DNA of 64,000 nucleotides, taken from a virus (lineage: Duplodnaviria > Caudoviricetes). Made by a program: the position numbers and the translations under genes. Numbering within the stretch: position 1 is the first letter of the stretch; each line of letters opens with the position of its first letter. Of this stretch, positions 9,844 through 19,631 are shown in pieces. The DNA is taken from positions 17,988 through 81,987 of the IMG/VR virus record IMGVR_UViG_3300033068_001745; one strand, written 5' to 3'. Under the pieces are notes generated by a model that was not told the origin of the DNA, ran no database searches, and saw only the letters and a list, made by a program, of their open reading frames with translations.

Positions 9844-11544
9844 ATGACAGTGCAAATGGCAAATCGCCAAGCCTATATTCAAATAGGAAACTTAGCTCAA
9901 ATGAAGCTAGGAAAAAACATTACAGGAGATAAGTTAAACCGTTATGTTTTTAATGAAGATACTCCTCACAACTTTGGTGTTAAAGTAAATAAAATCTTTA
10001 CATCCACTTCGAGGTTTTATCCAAAAATGTTCACAAATGCTACCATTGGTAGTGCAGACAAAAACTATTACACCATTGATACAAATTTCTATCAGTGGGA
10101 TTTAGTTGGAGACACTGACTTATTTATTCGTGTTACAAAAGATGTAGATGATATATCTGAAAACACAGCTTTCATTTCTAATGGATTGATTGGTCAAGGT
10201 CAGAAAGAATTCTTTATTGATTTAGATGCTGATTTCTTGTCAGAAAATGAAGTGATTATGTTGGACAACAATGAATACATGTTGGTACTTACCTCTGATG
10301 GTATGGCTAATGGATTGTCCACTCGTTATTCTTGTAAGGTGCAAGGTAGTATGGAAGCACTTGGTGTTCCCGTTGACTTGCTTAAACAAGATAGTACTGT
10401 AAATAGTGTATCTTCTGAACTTCCTGCTTATGGAAACCCTGCTAAACCTGGTCTTGGACAATTTGGTACTATTATTAGATTGAGAAATAGAGTAGGTAAA
10501 TACGGTCGTGAATTCTCTGTTGATGAAGCAACAATCCGTAATGCTATGAAAGCAAATAAAGGAGATGGTAAACTTCCTTCTACAAATGGAATGGGTAGTG
10601 CTACAAAATACCAAATTTCTCCTTCTGATTATGTAAATGGAGCAGTTTTTGCTTTTGGTGCTTGGGACAAATCTTTGAAAGATGGAAAGATGACACCTAT
10701 GAAGAGTGATGGTTTGATGTCATTCTTTGAAATGAAAATTGAGGACATGATTCTCATGGACAGGGAAGTAATGTGTATGTTTGGTAGAGCTTCTACTACT
10801 CAAACCACTACTAATGCAATTGGAGTAAATAGCACTGAAACTCAAAGAGTTGTTGCTCATGGTTTACGTCAATTACAAAAATTTGGTCATTATGCTACTC
10901 ACAATGGACAGTTAACTGTAGATGATTTGCAAAATTATCTGGATGGAGTATTTATGACCCGTGTTGATGAAAAAGACCGTTCTACAGTATTTAATACAGG
11001 AACACTTGGTAAAATCTTCTTGAATCAAATGGTGAACATTGCAGCTCAAGGTTATTTTAATTCTGCAAAAGGAGACCAATTTATTTCTGGAGCAATTAAC
11101 AGTACTCTTGCTAATCCTTTGAAATTTGGATACCAATTTACTCAATGGATTGGATTGAATGGTGTTGAAGTTACTTTCTCTTATGATATGATGAAAGATG
11201 ACAGATACTACTGCCGTACAATGTACACACCGAATAGTACCTATACAATTGACTCTGCACGTTTAGAAATTTTTGACTTTGGTAATACAAATGCAGGTGC
11301 TGAAAATGCTATTCACATGAGTAAAGAGCGTTATGGTGGAGGTTCTAACTGTTCTATGATTGTTGAAGATTGGGCTGAACGCAGACATTGGAGAATTGGT
11401 TGTTTACACCCTTATCAAGGATTCTTGAACACTTCTTCTACTGATGATACTACAGCTAAATATTCTCGTACACTTTCAGGTTCTCCTGTAATTTGGGATA
11501 CCACTCGTATTGGAGTAATAGTTTATGACCCAATGAGTATCTAA
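9844..11544 (+). CDS. Major capsid protein (crAss-like), 566 aa
   Basis: Position in the terL-portal-scaffold-MCP block; motifs YQWDL..D, EVMCMFG, GLRQLQ, VFNTGTLG, IWDTTR; strongly biased codons (cgt, ggt, act). Confidence 0.78.
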   Translation: MTVQMANRQAYIQIGNLAQMKLGKNITGDKLNRYVFNEDTPHNFGVKVNKIFTSTSRFYPKMFTNATIGSADKNYYTIDTNFYQWDLVGDTDLFIRVTKDVDDISENTAFISNGLIGQGQKEFFIDLDADFLSENEVIMLDNNEYMLVLTSDGMANGLSTRYSCKVQGSMEALGVPVDLLKQDSTVNSVSSELPAYGNPAKPGLGQFGTIIRLRNRVGKYGREFSVDEATIRNAMKANKGDGKLPSTNGMGSATKYQISPSDYVNGAVFAFGAWDKSLKDGKMTPMKSDGLMSFFEMKIEDMILMDREVMCMFGRASTTQTTTNAIGVNSTETQRVVAHGLRQLQKFGHYATHNGQLTVDDLQNYLDGVFMTRVDEKDRSTVFNTGTLGKIFLNQMVNIAAQGYFNSAKGDQFISGAINSTLANPLKFGYQFTQWIGLNGVEVTFSYDMMKDDRYYCRTMYTPNSTYTIDSARLEIFDFGNTNAGAENAIHMSKERYGGGSNCSMIVEDWAERRHWRIGCLHPYQGFLNTSSTDDTTAKYSRTLSGSPVIWDTTRIGVIVYDPMSI

Positions 11545-11547
11545 TTA

Positions 11548-11568
11548 TTTTTCAGCTTGTCTGAAAAA
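11548..11568. other. Inverted repeat TTTTTCAG-cttgt-CTGAAAAA directly after the capsid gene
   Basis: 8-bp perfect stem; followed by an A-run, not a U-run, so not a classical terminator on +. Confidence 0.4.
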
Positions 11569-11580
11569 AACTAACAAAAA

Positions 11581-12657
11581 ATGAAAATCTATTTAAAAAG
11601 AAATGAGGGTTCTCACCCTTTGGGATTAACTACCAAAAAAGCAGATAGTGTAGAATGGGAAGGTGGCAATATGCCCAGTGCAAAAGCCCATTCTGTAAAA
11701 ATAAAAGGTACGTCAGTGTGCGATACACTGACTTTACCAAAATCTTGGAGAACAAATGAATTTATTGTTTGGAAAAAAGAACCTGTTGATAATCCATATT
11801 ACAATGATGATAATGCTGTAATTGGAGAAAACTGGATTTCTAAGAAAGATTGGATTACACAAAATAAAAAACTTCCTGAACAAACAATTGCAGAAATAAA
11901 GTTTGACCAACCAAAAGGATTTTTCACTGAAAAGTCAAGCTGGGGAGATAATCCTAAAAAAACCATACAACCTACTTACTTTGAAACTCTTCAAAGGAAA
12001 TTCTATGACACTACAACTTTTGATGATGAGCATGGAAACTCTCCAATGGCAGATTATATTTGGATAAGAGCTATTTTAAGAACAGCAGAAGAATTTGTAG
12101 AAAGTGATTTTGCTAGGTCTAAAGCAGATATTGCCAATAAACCAAGGTCTAAGTATTTTGTTTATGATGAAGTTGTTGAAAATCAAGAAGGTTATGTAAA
12201 AGAAAAACCAAAATTGAAAGTTTATTCTTATGTATATGAAGTAACTGAAAAGTGGAATCAAGAACAATGTTATAAACTTGCCACAATGATTTCAAACAAA
12301 TATCCAAAAGCTACTAAAGTTGATAGAAAACTTCCTGAAGGAAAAATTAAAACATGGTTATCAAGTTTCATAAACAATGATGTTAATGACCAAAATCTAA
12401 GACGGCAGTTATTTGTTGAAGTGTATGAAAGGATGAATGATAAACTTGCTAAAAAAGCTTTTGAACATGAGTTTTTCATTGTAGAATGTATTAACTATAA
12501 AGTTCTAACAAAACAGTCAAGTTCTCCTGAATATTCTTATTATGTAGATGGAAATAAATATCCAATTGGAAGTATGGAAGCCTTATTGAAGTTGGAAGAC
12601 AAAGCCATATTAGCTACTTTAGAAACACAACTCAAAGCAAAACTAATTGAATCGTGA
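11581..12657 (+). CDS. Conserved crAss-like capsid-module protein, function unknown
   Basis: 358-aa ORF in the slot immediately after MCP. Confidence 0.55.
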   Translation: MKIYLKRNEGSHPLGLTTKKADSVEWEGGNMPSAKAHSVKIKGTSVCDTLTLPKSWRTNEFIVWKKEPVDNPYYNDDNAVIGENWISKKDWITQNKKLPEQTIAEIKFDQPKGFFTEKSSWGDNPKKTIQPTYFETLQRKFYDTTTFDDEHGNSPMADYIWIRAILRTAEEFVESDFARSKADIANKPRSKYFVYDEVVENQEGYVKEKPKLKVYSYVYEVTEKWNQEQCYKLATMISNKYPKATKVDRKLPEGKIKTWLSSFINNDVNDQNLRRQLFVEVYERMNDKLAKKAFEHEFFIVECINYKVLTKQSSSPEYSYYVDGNKYPIGSMEALLKLEDKAILATLETQLKAKLIES

Positions 12658-13331
12658 TTACAATATTAGAATCTCATTATAGATTTAACCTTGAAGTAAA
12701 CAAAATTAATTCAAGTTTTGGTAAGGCTTTTAATCCTTATGAGATTGATATTTTATTGAATCAAGCACAAATGGCTTTTCTATCTGAAAAGTTAAACAAT
12801 AAACAAGGAAATGGTGTAGAGTTTGATAATGTAGTAATGAATCAGCTCTCCTCCATTTTAATATCTAAGGAAAGTGTTGTACCAACAGCAAATGTAATAT
12901 CAACTTTGAGTGAACCTGTTTATAAATTCATATCTTATGAAATAGATGGGTTGAAAGATGGTTGTACAAAAAGATTTGTTGAATGTAGATTTGTTAGACA
13001 TCAAGATATATTATACACTACTCAACAGTCATCTTGGAAATGGGGAATATGTAATGCTTATATAGCAGGAGACAATCTTTCTAAATCTATTATTTTACAA
13101 CCTACAGATTTCACTATACCAACAGCTTATGTCAGTTATTATAGATTTCCTACACCTGTTACAGTGGGAGGATACACTGATGTAAACGGAGATGCTTTAA
13201 CAACTGTTGAATGGGATTTTACAGACGACAACACTGTTATAGAAATAATTAAAAAGGCTGCTCTCCTTGCAATGGAAAGTATTCAGCCAACTATTGAAAC
13301 TAAAAATTTAGCTGGAGGATTATTTAAATAA
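12654..13331 (+). CDS. Head-tail ring/adaptor protein (crAss core structural gene)
   Basis: N-terminal HYRFNLEVNK..S..F.PYEID.LLNQAQ and C-terminal Y.R.P..V...EII..AA pattern of crAss ring proteins; GTG start overlapping previous stop. Confidence 0.6.
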   Translation: MITILESHYRFNLEVNKINSSFGKAFNPYEIDILLNQAQMAFLSEKLNNKQGNGVEFDNVVMNQLSSILISKESVVPTANVISTLSEPVYKFISYEIDGLKDGCTKRFVECRFVRHQDILYTTQQSSWKWGICNAYIAGDNLSKSIILQPTDFTIPTAYVSYYRFPTPVTVGGYTDVNGDALTTVEWDFTDDNTVIEIIKKAALLAMESIQPTIETKNLAGGLFK

Positions 13332-13351
13332 CCCAGCCGAACTAATATCAA

Positions 13352-14836
13352 ATGGCAAATAGAAGTCAAGTAATTGAAAGAATTATCGTAGCTCGTAATA
13401 ACCAAGCTCTTAAAAATGTAGCTGGTGGAGCTACAGGTGATAATATTTATGATTTAGCTACAGGTGCTTATACTTTAGCTGATGGACAAATTGGAATTGT
13501 GTATATGGATAATGAAAATCCTACTACCAAAGATGAACTTATTAATGTTGTTGCAAATATTGATGCTTTGAAAACAAAAAAAATTCAAATTGTACAAGGT
13601 ACAGCTTATTCTGGAACAGGAGCAACTTATCAAAATGCACTCGGTGTAAATAATACTCAAGAGCCAAGAGTTTTGCGTAGTGGTATAATTGATTGTTCTA
13701 AACCTGTTAGAACTTTAGGTACAGGAGTACTTTCTATGTGGGAAAGACTTTCTGCAAGTAAAATGAGTGGATTGGTGGCTGTTGATAGTGTAGATTATAC
13801 TTATCATCTGAAAGTGGAAGGAATTGCTTTGAATAAAGTAAATGGAGCACAGAACATTGATAATATGACATTTCGTATTACAAGTCCTGACTTTACAGCT
13901 TTAGGTACTGCAAGTCCAACAAGTTATCTTTATACTCATTTAGGTTTAAAAGCTGCTCAAAGTTCTGCAATTTATACAAATCCTTACAATGGTACAGGTG
14001 GTAATTCTCCTTACATGGTGTTTGGTGTTTGTGCAAATGCTCAAACTACTAATGCTGCTATTACTCCTTTAGGTTATACAATGCCTTTAGTATCAGCTCT
14101 TATTTCAGGTGCAGCTACAAGTATTAATCATGCTACAGTAGTAAATCCTTCTACAGGTTCTTACATTCCTTTGATGTACACTGTAGATGAATCTTTTAGA
14201 CAAATGCTTTTAGAAGCAGTGGCTAATGGACAACTTTTAACCACTGATAGAATTGGTGTATTGGAAGCTACTACAGCAGGTGCAAGTACAACTGTTGGAG
14301 CATTGAAAGGTCTTTTGTTTGTAGGGATGAAAACTGCTACAGCAGCAGTTCAAGATGAAGAAGGTGATGCTAAAATTACTTCTGTAACTTTGAGTGCTGA
14401 TAGAACAAATGAACTTAACTCTCCTTCTGCTACTTTAGCAATTGCAAGTAGAAAAAGACAAAGTGAAGGTAAAGCATCTATTTATCAGATTCGTTATAAT
14501 CAAGATGCAGCTAATGATGTTTATTCTCGTCAGAATTGGGGAAGTAATTTTGATTTAATCCCTAAATACACTCCAATTGCAGCAGGAGAATGGTACACAG
14601 CTTATATTTTTGAATCTGAACTTTTAGAACAAGAATATAATGGTCAAAGGTATTCTGTTGGTGAAGTAATTATAGTGAGAACAATATTACTTGTTGAAAG
14701 TGCTGCTCCAGTAGCAACTGCTCAAACAGGTGGTGTAACTACAGCTACAACTCAAGCAAATTTAACCACTTATTTGAAACCTATACTTGATAGTATAAAA
14801 GTAAAATTAGGTTATACTGCCTATACTTTTAATTAA
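13352..14836 (+). CDS. Abundant virion structural protein (auxiliary capsid / crAss core gene)
   Basis: A/T/G/V-rich 494 aa with highly expressed codon bias, followed by a terminator. Confidence 0.5.
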   Translation: MANRSQVIERIIVARNNQALKNVAGGATGDNIYDLATGAYTLADGQIGIVYMDNENPTTKDELINVVANIDALKTKKIQIVQGTAYSGTGATYQNALGVNNTQEPRVLRSGIIDCSKPVRTLGTGVLSMWERLSASKMSGLVAVDSVDYTYHLKVEGIALNKVNGAQNIDNMTFRITSPDFTALGTASPTSYLYTHLGLKAAQSSAIYTNPYNGTGGNSPYMVFGVCANAQTTNAAITPLGYTMPLVSALISGAATSINHATVVNPSTGSYIPLMYTVDESFRQMLLEAVANGQLLTTDRIGVLEATTAGASTTVGALKGLLFVGMKTATAAVQDEEGDAKITSVTLSADRTNELNSPSATLAIASRKRQSEGKASIYQIRYNQDAANDVYSRQNWGSNFDLIPKYTPIAAGEWYTAYIFESELLEQEYNGQRYSVGEVIIVRTILLVESAAPVATAQTGGVTTATTQANLTTYLKPILDSIKVKLGYTAYTFN

Positions 14837-14837
14837 C

Positions 14838-14865
14838 AAAAGGGGGCGTTAGCTCCCTTTTTATT
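14838..14865 (+). terminator. Intrinsic terminator
   Basis: AAAAGGGGGC-GTTA-GCTCCCTTTT hairpin followed by TTTTTATT. Confidence 0.8.
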
Positions 14866-14877
14866 AACTATAAAAAT

Positions 14878-15333
14878 ATGATATATAGCTTTAGTTTAAA
14901 CCCAGCTATAAACACTGTTACTTTTGATAGGTTAATAAATCCTCCTAAAAGACATGCAAGAGTATATGATGACTTATGTTATAGTACTCTTACTCTTGGA
15001 GAAGTTACAGCAGGAACTTATTATGTGTCAGTGAATGAAGGGATTATATCAAGTGCTACTCAAGAAGAAGTGTATTTTACTCCTCCTTTTTGTGAGTTTA
15101 AAAGCATGGTTTTAAATATTGTTTCAAACACTTCTCAATCAGATGTTGTAGTTACTTTGCATGGTGGCGGTAAAACAATAGCAACAAGTACTATTAATGC
15201 AGAATCCTCTGGAGAATTTATTACAAGTGGTAGTAATCAGTATGTAGGTAATTTGTATATAAAAATAGTAGTGGTTGATGGCACTGTAGATTTTGGGGAA
15301 ATTGTTACTACTTATGGGACAGACCCTAACTAA
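14878..15333 (+). CDS. Hypothetical beta-rich virion protein, 151 aa
   Basis: ORF in tail module; alternating hydrophobic strands. Confidence 0.5.
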   Translation: MIYSFSLNPAINTVTFDRLINPPKRHARVYDDLCYSTLTLGEVTAGTYYVSVNEGIISSATQEEVYFTPPFCEFKSMVLNIVSNTSQSDVVVTLHGGGKTIATSTINAESSGEFITSGSNQYVGNLYIKIVVVDGTVDFGEIVTTYGTDPN

Positions 15334-15341
15334 ATATAAAA

Positions 15342-15842
15342 ATGTTAAGATATATTCAGGCAGGTATTATAAAATGGGTAACTCCACAAACAATAGCTCA
15401 ACAAGGAAGTTATTCAGGTAAATTTAAAAGTGGGCTTACAGACTTAGTTGCTATTATACAAAGCTATTTTACAGCAGGTTTAATCTCTGTAAATGCTGCT
15501 ACAAATACTACTTCTGGAGTAGTAGAATTTGCCACACTTGCAGAAACTGTTGCAGGAACAGATACTGAGAGAGCTGTAACACCTTCATCTTTAGCACCTT
15601 ACACTGTAGCAATAGCAGTAGCAGGGTGGACAGATGCTGGAGGTGGGATAAGTGAGAAATCTATTGATGGTACAACTCATTTAAGAGGATTGTTCCCTAA
15701 AGCTTATGTATATAGTACAGATGATACAAACTATACTTCTATAGTTTCAACCAGTGTAATTAGAATATCAAACGGTGACATAACTGTAAAAATAGCAACA
15801 ACAGATATACCTGCAAATGGTATTATTGTAATAACTCAATAA
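15342..15842 (+). CDS. Tail fibre/hub-associated protein
   Basis: AATNTTSGVVEFATLAETVAGTDTERAVTPSSL matches the common phage fibre repeat A.....G....AT..E.......AVTP..L. Confidence 0.6.
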   Translation: MLRYIQAGIIKWVTPQTIAQQGSYSGKFKSGLTDLVAIIQSYFTAGLISVNAATNTTSGVVEFATLAETVAGTDTERAVTPSSLAPYTVAIAVAGWTDAGGGISEKSIDGTTHLRGLFPKAYVYSTDDTNYTSIVSTSVIRISNGDITVKIATTDIPANGIIVITQ

Positions 15843-15845
15843 AAT

Positions 15846-16694
15846 ATGTATTACGATTGTGACAAAAAAGCAATAATTATAACACCCTTGGGTATTAAAA
15901 ATAACACAGGTTTACTTTACATTTCTAAGAAATGTTGTGAAAAACCAACGGGATATTTATATTGTAATGAAGAAGCTCAAACTAATATTTTGGGTGTATC
16001 TATCACTGTTGACAATTTACAACAAAATAAAGAAGAACCTCGATTTGATTGCTATTTTGAAGCAAGTTGGGATGAATTTATTGCTGTAAATTTAACAGAT
16101 GTAGCAAGTTTTACAGGCACTAAAACAAATTATTTAAATGGTGTAGTTGATTCTATAGATACTTTAGACCTTTCTTATTTCAACACTACTCATGAAATTT
16201 GGACAAGTATTGCAAATGGAGATAGAAAATATATATTTGACCTTACATTTGTATTGAATAATGGTTTGACTATACATTATGAAATAATTTATATAGTTAA
16301 TGTTCTTTTAGAAAATAGTGATAATTGTAAAATTAAAGATTTCACTAAATCTGTAAGTCATGACTTCACTTGCACAAATACTTTTGGGTGGGAAAATAAT
16401 ATTGGTACTTTTCCTATAGATTTAGAAGATGGGTTTTATACAGTGAGTTACGGTGATATAAATGGATGTTTTGTAGTAGATTGTGAAGAAACCCTCCAAA
16501 AAGCTATTGATGATTTTGTTGAAAAAACATTAGATAAAAATTGCTATTGTTGTAATACAAAGGAAAACTTAGAAGCTAATTTCAACTTGGAAATGTACAT
16601 GTCTGCTTTTACTTCTGATTGTTTAGATTGTTGTCAAAAATGTAATGTTTATTATAAAATGTTAAAAATAACTAAAGGGTGTAAAGACTGCTAA
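15846..16694 (+). CDS. Cys-rich tail-region protein A (paralogue of next gene)
   Basis: 18 Cys in 282 aa; shares YYDC.K..I.ITPL, LEDGFYT and C.DCC.K..Y..L..C..C with 16694-17506. Confidence 0.65.
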   Translation: MYYDCDKKAIIITPLGIKNNTGLLYISKKCCEKPTGYLYCNEEAQTNILGVSITVDNLQQNKEEPRFDCYFEASWDEFIAVNLTDVASFTGTKTNYLNGVVDSIDTLDLSYFNTTHEIWTSIANGDRKYIFDLTFVLNNGLTIHYEIIYIVNVLLENSDNCKIKDFTKSVSHDFTCTNTFGWENNIGTFPIDLEDGFYTVSYGDINGCFVVDCEETLQKAIDDFVEKTLDKNCYCCNTKENLEANFNLEMYMSAFTSDCLDCCQKCNVYYKMLKITKGCKDC

Positions 16695-17506
16695 TGGAAG
16701 TATATTATGATTGTACAAAAGATAGAATTGTTATTACACCTCTTATAGAAAGTATAATTGAGATTGGTGTAAAGAAAGGTTGTGGTGAAGAAATTACAAC
16801 TACAACCTATTGTAATGGTGAAAATGTGAATTTCATAAATGCTGAAGGATTTGTATCAAATTACGAAATTTATTATGACCCTGGATGTCCTGACCCTCCT
16901 GGTTCAGGATGTAATACTTGTCCACAATATTCTCAGTTTAATTATGGAGTGAATATAAACATTGGAAATATTGTGTCAGTGAGTGGTACAGTTACAACCA
17001 TTATAGATGGATTTACTACTGTAACAAACATTACAAACATGTCTTATTTCAATGCTGCACATTCTGCTCAATCTTATACAGAATTTCAAATAGAATATGA
17101 TTTAAACTTTGTTTGCACAAATGGAATAGTTTTTCATTTCAACAGTTTAATTTATTCAGATGGGCAATTTTGTGAAATGGATGATTATCGCATAGATGAT
17201 TCATTTGACTATGAATGTTCTAAAGAGTATATGAACGATGGTGAAAATTCATATGTTAAAATTGTACTTGAAGATGGGTTTTATACAGCACTTGTAAATG
17301 GAGAATATTTTTGCTTTTTAGCGGAGTGTTCCTCTTTAGAATGTAGAGTGTACAAAACTTTAGATTTTTGTTGTGATGATTGTACAGATAAAAACTCAGA
17401 AGCATTTTTCTTGTATCAAATGTTTTTAACTTGTAAAGATTGTTGTACAAAAAACACTCTTTATAGAAAACTAAATGCTTTATTAAACAAGTGTAGTACT
17501 TGTTAA
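16694..17506 (+). CDS. Cys-rich tail-region protein B
   Basis: 20 Cys in 270 aa; TAATG overlap with A; same shared blocks. Confidence 0.65.
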   Translation: MEVYYDCTKDRIVITPLIESIIEIGVKKGCGEEITTTTYCNGENVNFINAEGFVSNYEIYYDPGCPDPPGSGCNTCPQYSQFNYGVNINIGNIVSVSGTVTTIIDGFTTVTNITNMSYFNAAHSAQSYTEFQIEYDLNFVCTNGIVFHFNSLIYSDGQFCEMDDYRIDDSFDYECSKEYMNDGENSYVKIVLEDGFYTALVNGEYFCFLAECSSLECRVYKTLDFCCDDCTDKNSEAFFLYQMFLTCKDCCTKNTLYRKLNALLNKCSTC

Positions 17507-17518
17507 ACTAAATTTAAT

Positions 17519-17602
17519 ATGTGTGAAGACATACAAAAATATTTAGCAGGACAATGTGCAGATAAGTATTACATGTATTGGTTATTAATCACCGTAAACT
17601 AG
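17519..17602 (+). CDS. Possible 27-aa micro-ORF MCEDIQKYLAGQCADKYYMYWLLITVN
   Basis: Fills the intergenic gap; preceded by AACTAA like other genes; below ORF-track cutoff. Confidence 0.35.
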   Translation: MCEDIQKYLAGQCADKYYMYWLLITVN

Positions 17603-17609
17603 ATTTGTT

Positions 17610-18020
17610 ATGAAAGAACTTTTGTTGAATGAACAATTTCTAACAGCAGTTATAGGAGTAATCATAGCATTTTTCTTTGGGCAAACAGGCATATTAAAAA
17701 CATGGTTTGATAAAATATTTATATCTAAAGAAAAGCGAGAGCTTGCTATATTAGAAGAAAAGAAAAGAGCTCAAGATTTGGCAATTCAAGCTGAAGAAAA
17801 GGAAGCTGCTAGATTTACTGCTTTAGAAAAGGAAAAGGAAGACCTTAGAGCACAAATAAAGACTCTTCAAGAGTCAATTGCTAAACTTGATAAAGATTTA
17901 GTAAAAACAACAATATATGTTAATACACTATTAGCTTTTCTTGAAAATGCCATACCTGAAGGAAATAATGCCTTCATTGTACAAATGGCTTCTGAAATAA
18001 GAAAGGAGAATAATAAATGA
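17610..18020 (+). CDS. Single-TM, coiled-coil membrane protein (holin-like)
   Basis: N-terminal TM FLTAVIGVIIAFFFGQTGIL followed by a long K/E/A/L heptad coil. Confidence 0.5.
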   Translation: MKELLLNEQFLTAVIGVIIAFFFGQTGILKTWFDKIFISKEKRELAILEEKKRAQDLAIQAEEKEAARFTALEKEKEDLRAQIKTLQESIAKLDKDLVKTTIYVNTLLAFLENAIPEGNNAFIVQMASEIRKENNK

Positions 18021-18460
18021 TAGACACGAAAATCCACCAAAATGTTATTTTAAAATTAGGTGCAATTTTACTCATGAAACAAAGTGCAAATGTCATAGAA
18101 ATTGGAGAACATCTTCAAAAAACAGGTATAGATGATGCTTCAACAGGAGGCTTTTGGTTATATGGGTATAACGTACATGATTGTTATTTATCTGACAAAT
18201 TCATTAGCTCTTTGGGGTATTCTCGTGAAGAAGTTCCGCACAGTGTGGATTTCTTTTACAAAACTGCTGAAAATACAAGTCTTAATAAAAGTTTTGAAAT
18301 GATAGATGAACTTGTTACTGAGCAGTCAGAAAAATGTTTTATTAACTATTTAGATTATAAGACAAAGGATGGAGAAACAATTAAGGTGGAATGTACTGGC
18401 ACTGTCATTTATTCTTTTGGAAAACCTCTCATAGTAATAGGAACACATGATATAGTTTAA
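18017..18460 (+). CDS. Stand-alone PAS (PAS_3-like) domain protein
   Basis: ASTGGFWLY..YLSDKFISSLGYSREE..DYKTKDGETIKVECTG..GKPLIVIGTHDI follows the PAS_3 pattern GIW.W..S..F..LGY..EE..YR..KDG...G.P..MIG.H.DI. Confidence 0.8.
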   Translation: MIDTKIHQNVILKLGAILLMKQSANVIEIGEHLQKTGIDDASTGGFWLYGYNVHDCYLSDKFISSLGYSREEVPHSVDFFYKTAENTSLNKSFEMIDELVTEQSEKCFINYLDYKTKDGETIKVECTGTVIYSFGKPLIVIGTHDIV

Positions 18461-18477
18461 GAAATAAAAAAATCGTT

Positions 18478-18504
18478 AAAGGAAAGGTAACTTTCCTTTT
18501 TTTT
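18478..18504 (+). terminator. Intrinsic terminator
   Basis: AAAGGAAAG-GTAA-CTTTCCTTT hairpin (GNRA loop) plus an 8-T run. Confidence 0.8.
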
Positions 18505-18523
18505 ATATTTAACTAATTTTGAA

Positions 18524-19168
18524 TTGACAATAGGCGAAATAACTTCGACTTATAGAACTATGATAAGAGAAAGACAACAAACCTGTTCTCTTAATACTTT
18601 GGAGCTATATCTACTGATAAATAGCTGTGCTAATAAAATAAAACAGGAAGTTTTAGATAAAAAGCATAAACTTGGTTTTAAAAATTATAAAACCATTACA
18701 GTAGATTTAGATGAAGTAATTTTTAAAGATTCTTGCCAACCATCTTGGCTTGGCTGTAAAGTATTGAAATCTACCTATCCTATACCAAATGTTTTGACAA
18801 ATTCTGACAGGTTTGAGATGTATGTATATAGTGGGCAAAAATTGATAAGTCCATTTAATTTTATTCATGGTAAGAGGCTCTCCTCACATCCTATGATGAA
18901 TAGTTTTTATGACATCATCGATAACTATCTATATATTTTTAAAAACCTTGAATTAGAGTGTATTACAATACAAGGTGCTTGGGAAGATGTAACTCAACTA
19001 CAAGACATTATAGGAAGCAATAACAATCCTTGCTACAATCCTCTTACAGATGACTATCCTTTAGATAGTCAATATATTCCTATATTATATAGTATGTTAG
19101 ACAGAGAGCTAAATTACTATGTAAAAACTAAAGAAGATGATAATAGCAATGAAAGAAATAAAGAATAA
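18524..19168 (+). CDS. Tail ring/adaptor protein (crAss-like)
   Basis: TTG start; M.IGEI.S..R N-terminus and C.....DDYPLD...I..L C-terminus typical of crAss ring proteins. Confidence 0.55.
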   Translation: MTIGEITSTYRTMIRERQQTCSLNTLELYLLINSCANKIKQEVLDKKHKLGFKNYKTITVDLDEVIFKDSCQPSWLGCKVLKSTYPIPNVLTNSDRFEMYVYSGQKLISPFNFIHGKRLSSHPMMNSFYDIIDNYLYIFKNLELECITIQGAWEDVTQLQDIIGSNNNPCYNPLTDDYPLDSQYIPILYSMLDRELNYYVKTKEDDNSNERNKE

Positions 19169-19631
19169 AAGACAACCTCATATTTCAAGTAAAGCTAATT
19201 ATAGACTTGTTGATATTTTCAGACATTATGAATATAAAGATGTTGACCCAACAAAAGTTCAAGGCAGAAATTGGGTTGCTAAAAGTGAAATTGTAAGTGG
19301 GCACAAATATTCTGTAACTTTAGCTGAATGGAAGGAGATTATCACAGCATATTTTGATGTCATTTTAGAGCATTTAATTCAAGGTGAAGAAGTATCACTA
19401 CCTTATGCTTGGGGAACTCTTTACATGGTAAGATGGAAACCAACTTATTTAAAATGGTGGGAAGATTACTCGTGGACAGATGGGTATAAAACATGTATAA
19501 GATGGAAAAAGAAAAATCTCACTGTCATGGGAGGTTTACTAAGGTTTTATTGGAGTGAGAAATGTTTACAAACAATAAAAAATGCTTTAGATAAAGATAG
19601 ATTCTTAATTAACAACTATTTAAAACTATGA
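19137..19631 (+). CDS. IHF/HU-like DNA-binding protein
   Basis: EIITAYFDVILEHLIQGEEVSLPYAWGTLYMVRWKP fits the HU/IHF helix-G.EV.L..GT pattern; IHF-tubular-stabilisation gene order is typical of crAss phages. Confidence 0.65.
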   Translation: MIIAMKEIKNKRQPHISSKANYRLVDIFRHYEYKDVDPTKVQGRNWVAKSEIVSGHKYSVTLAEWKEIITAYFDVILEHLIQGEEVSLPYAWGTLYMVRWKPTYLKWWEDYSWTDGYKTCIRWKKKNLTVMGGLLRFYWSEKCLQTIKNALDKDRFLINNYLKL

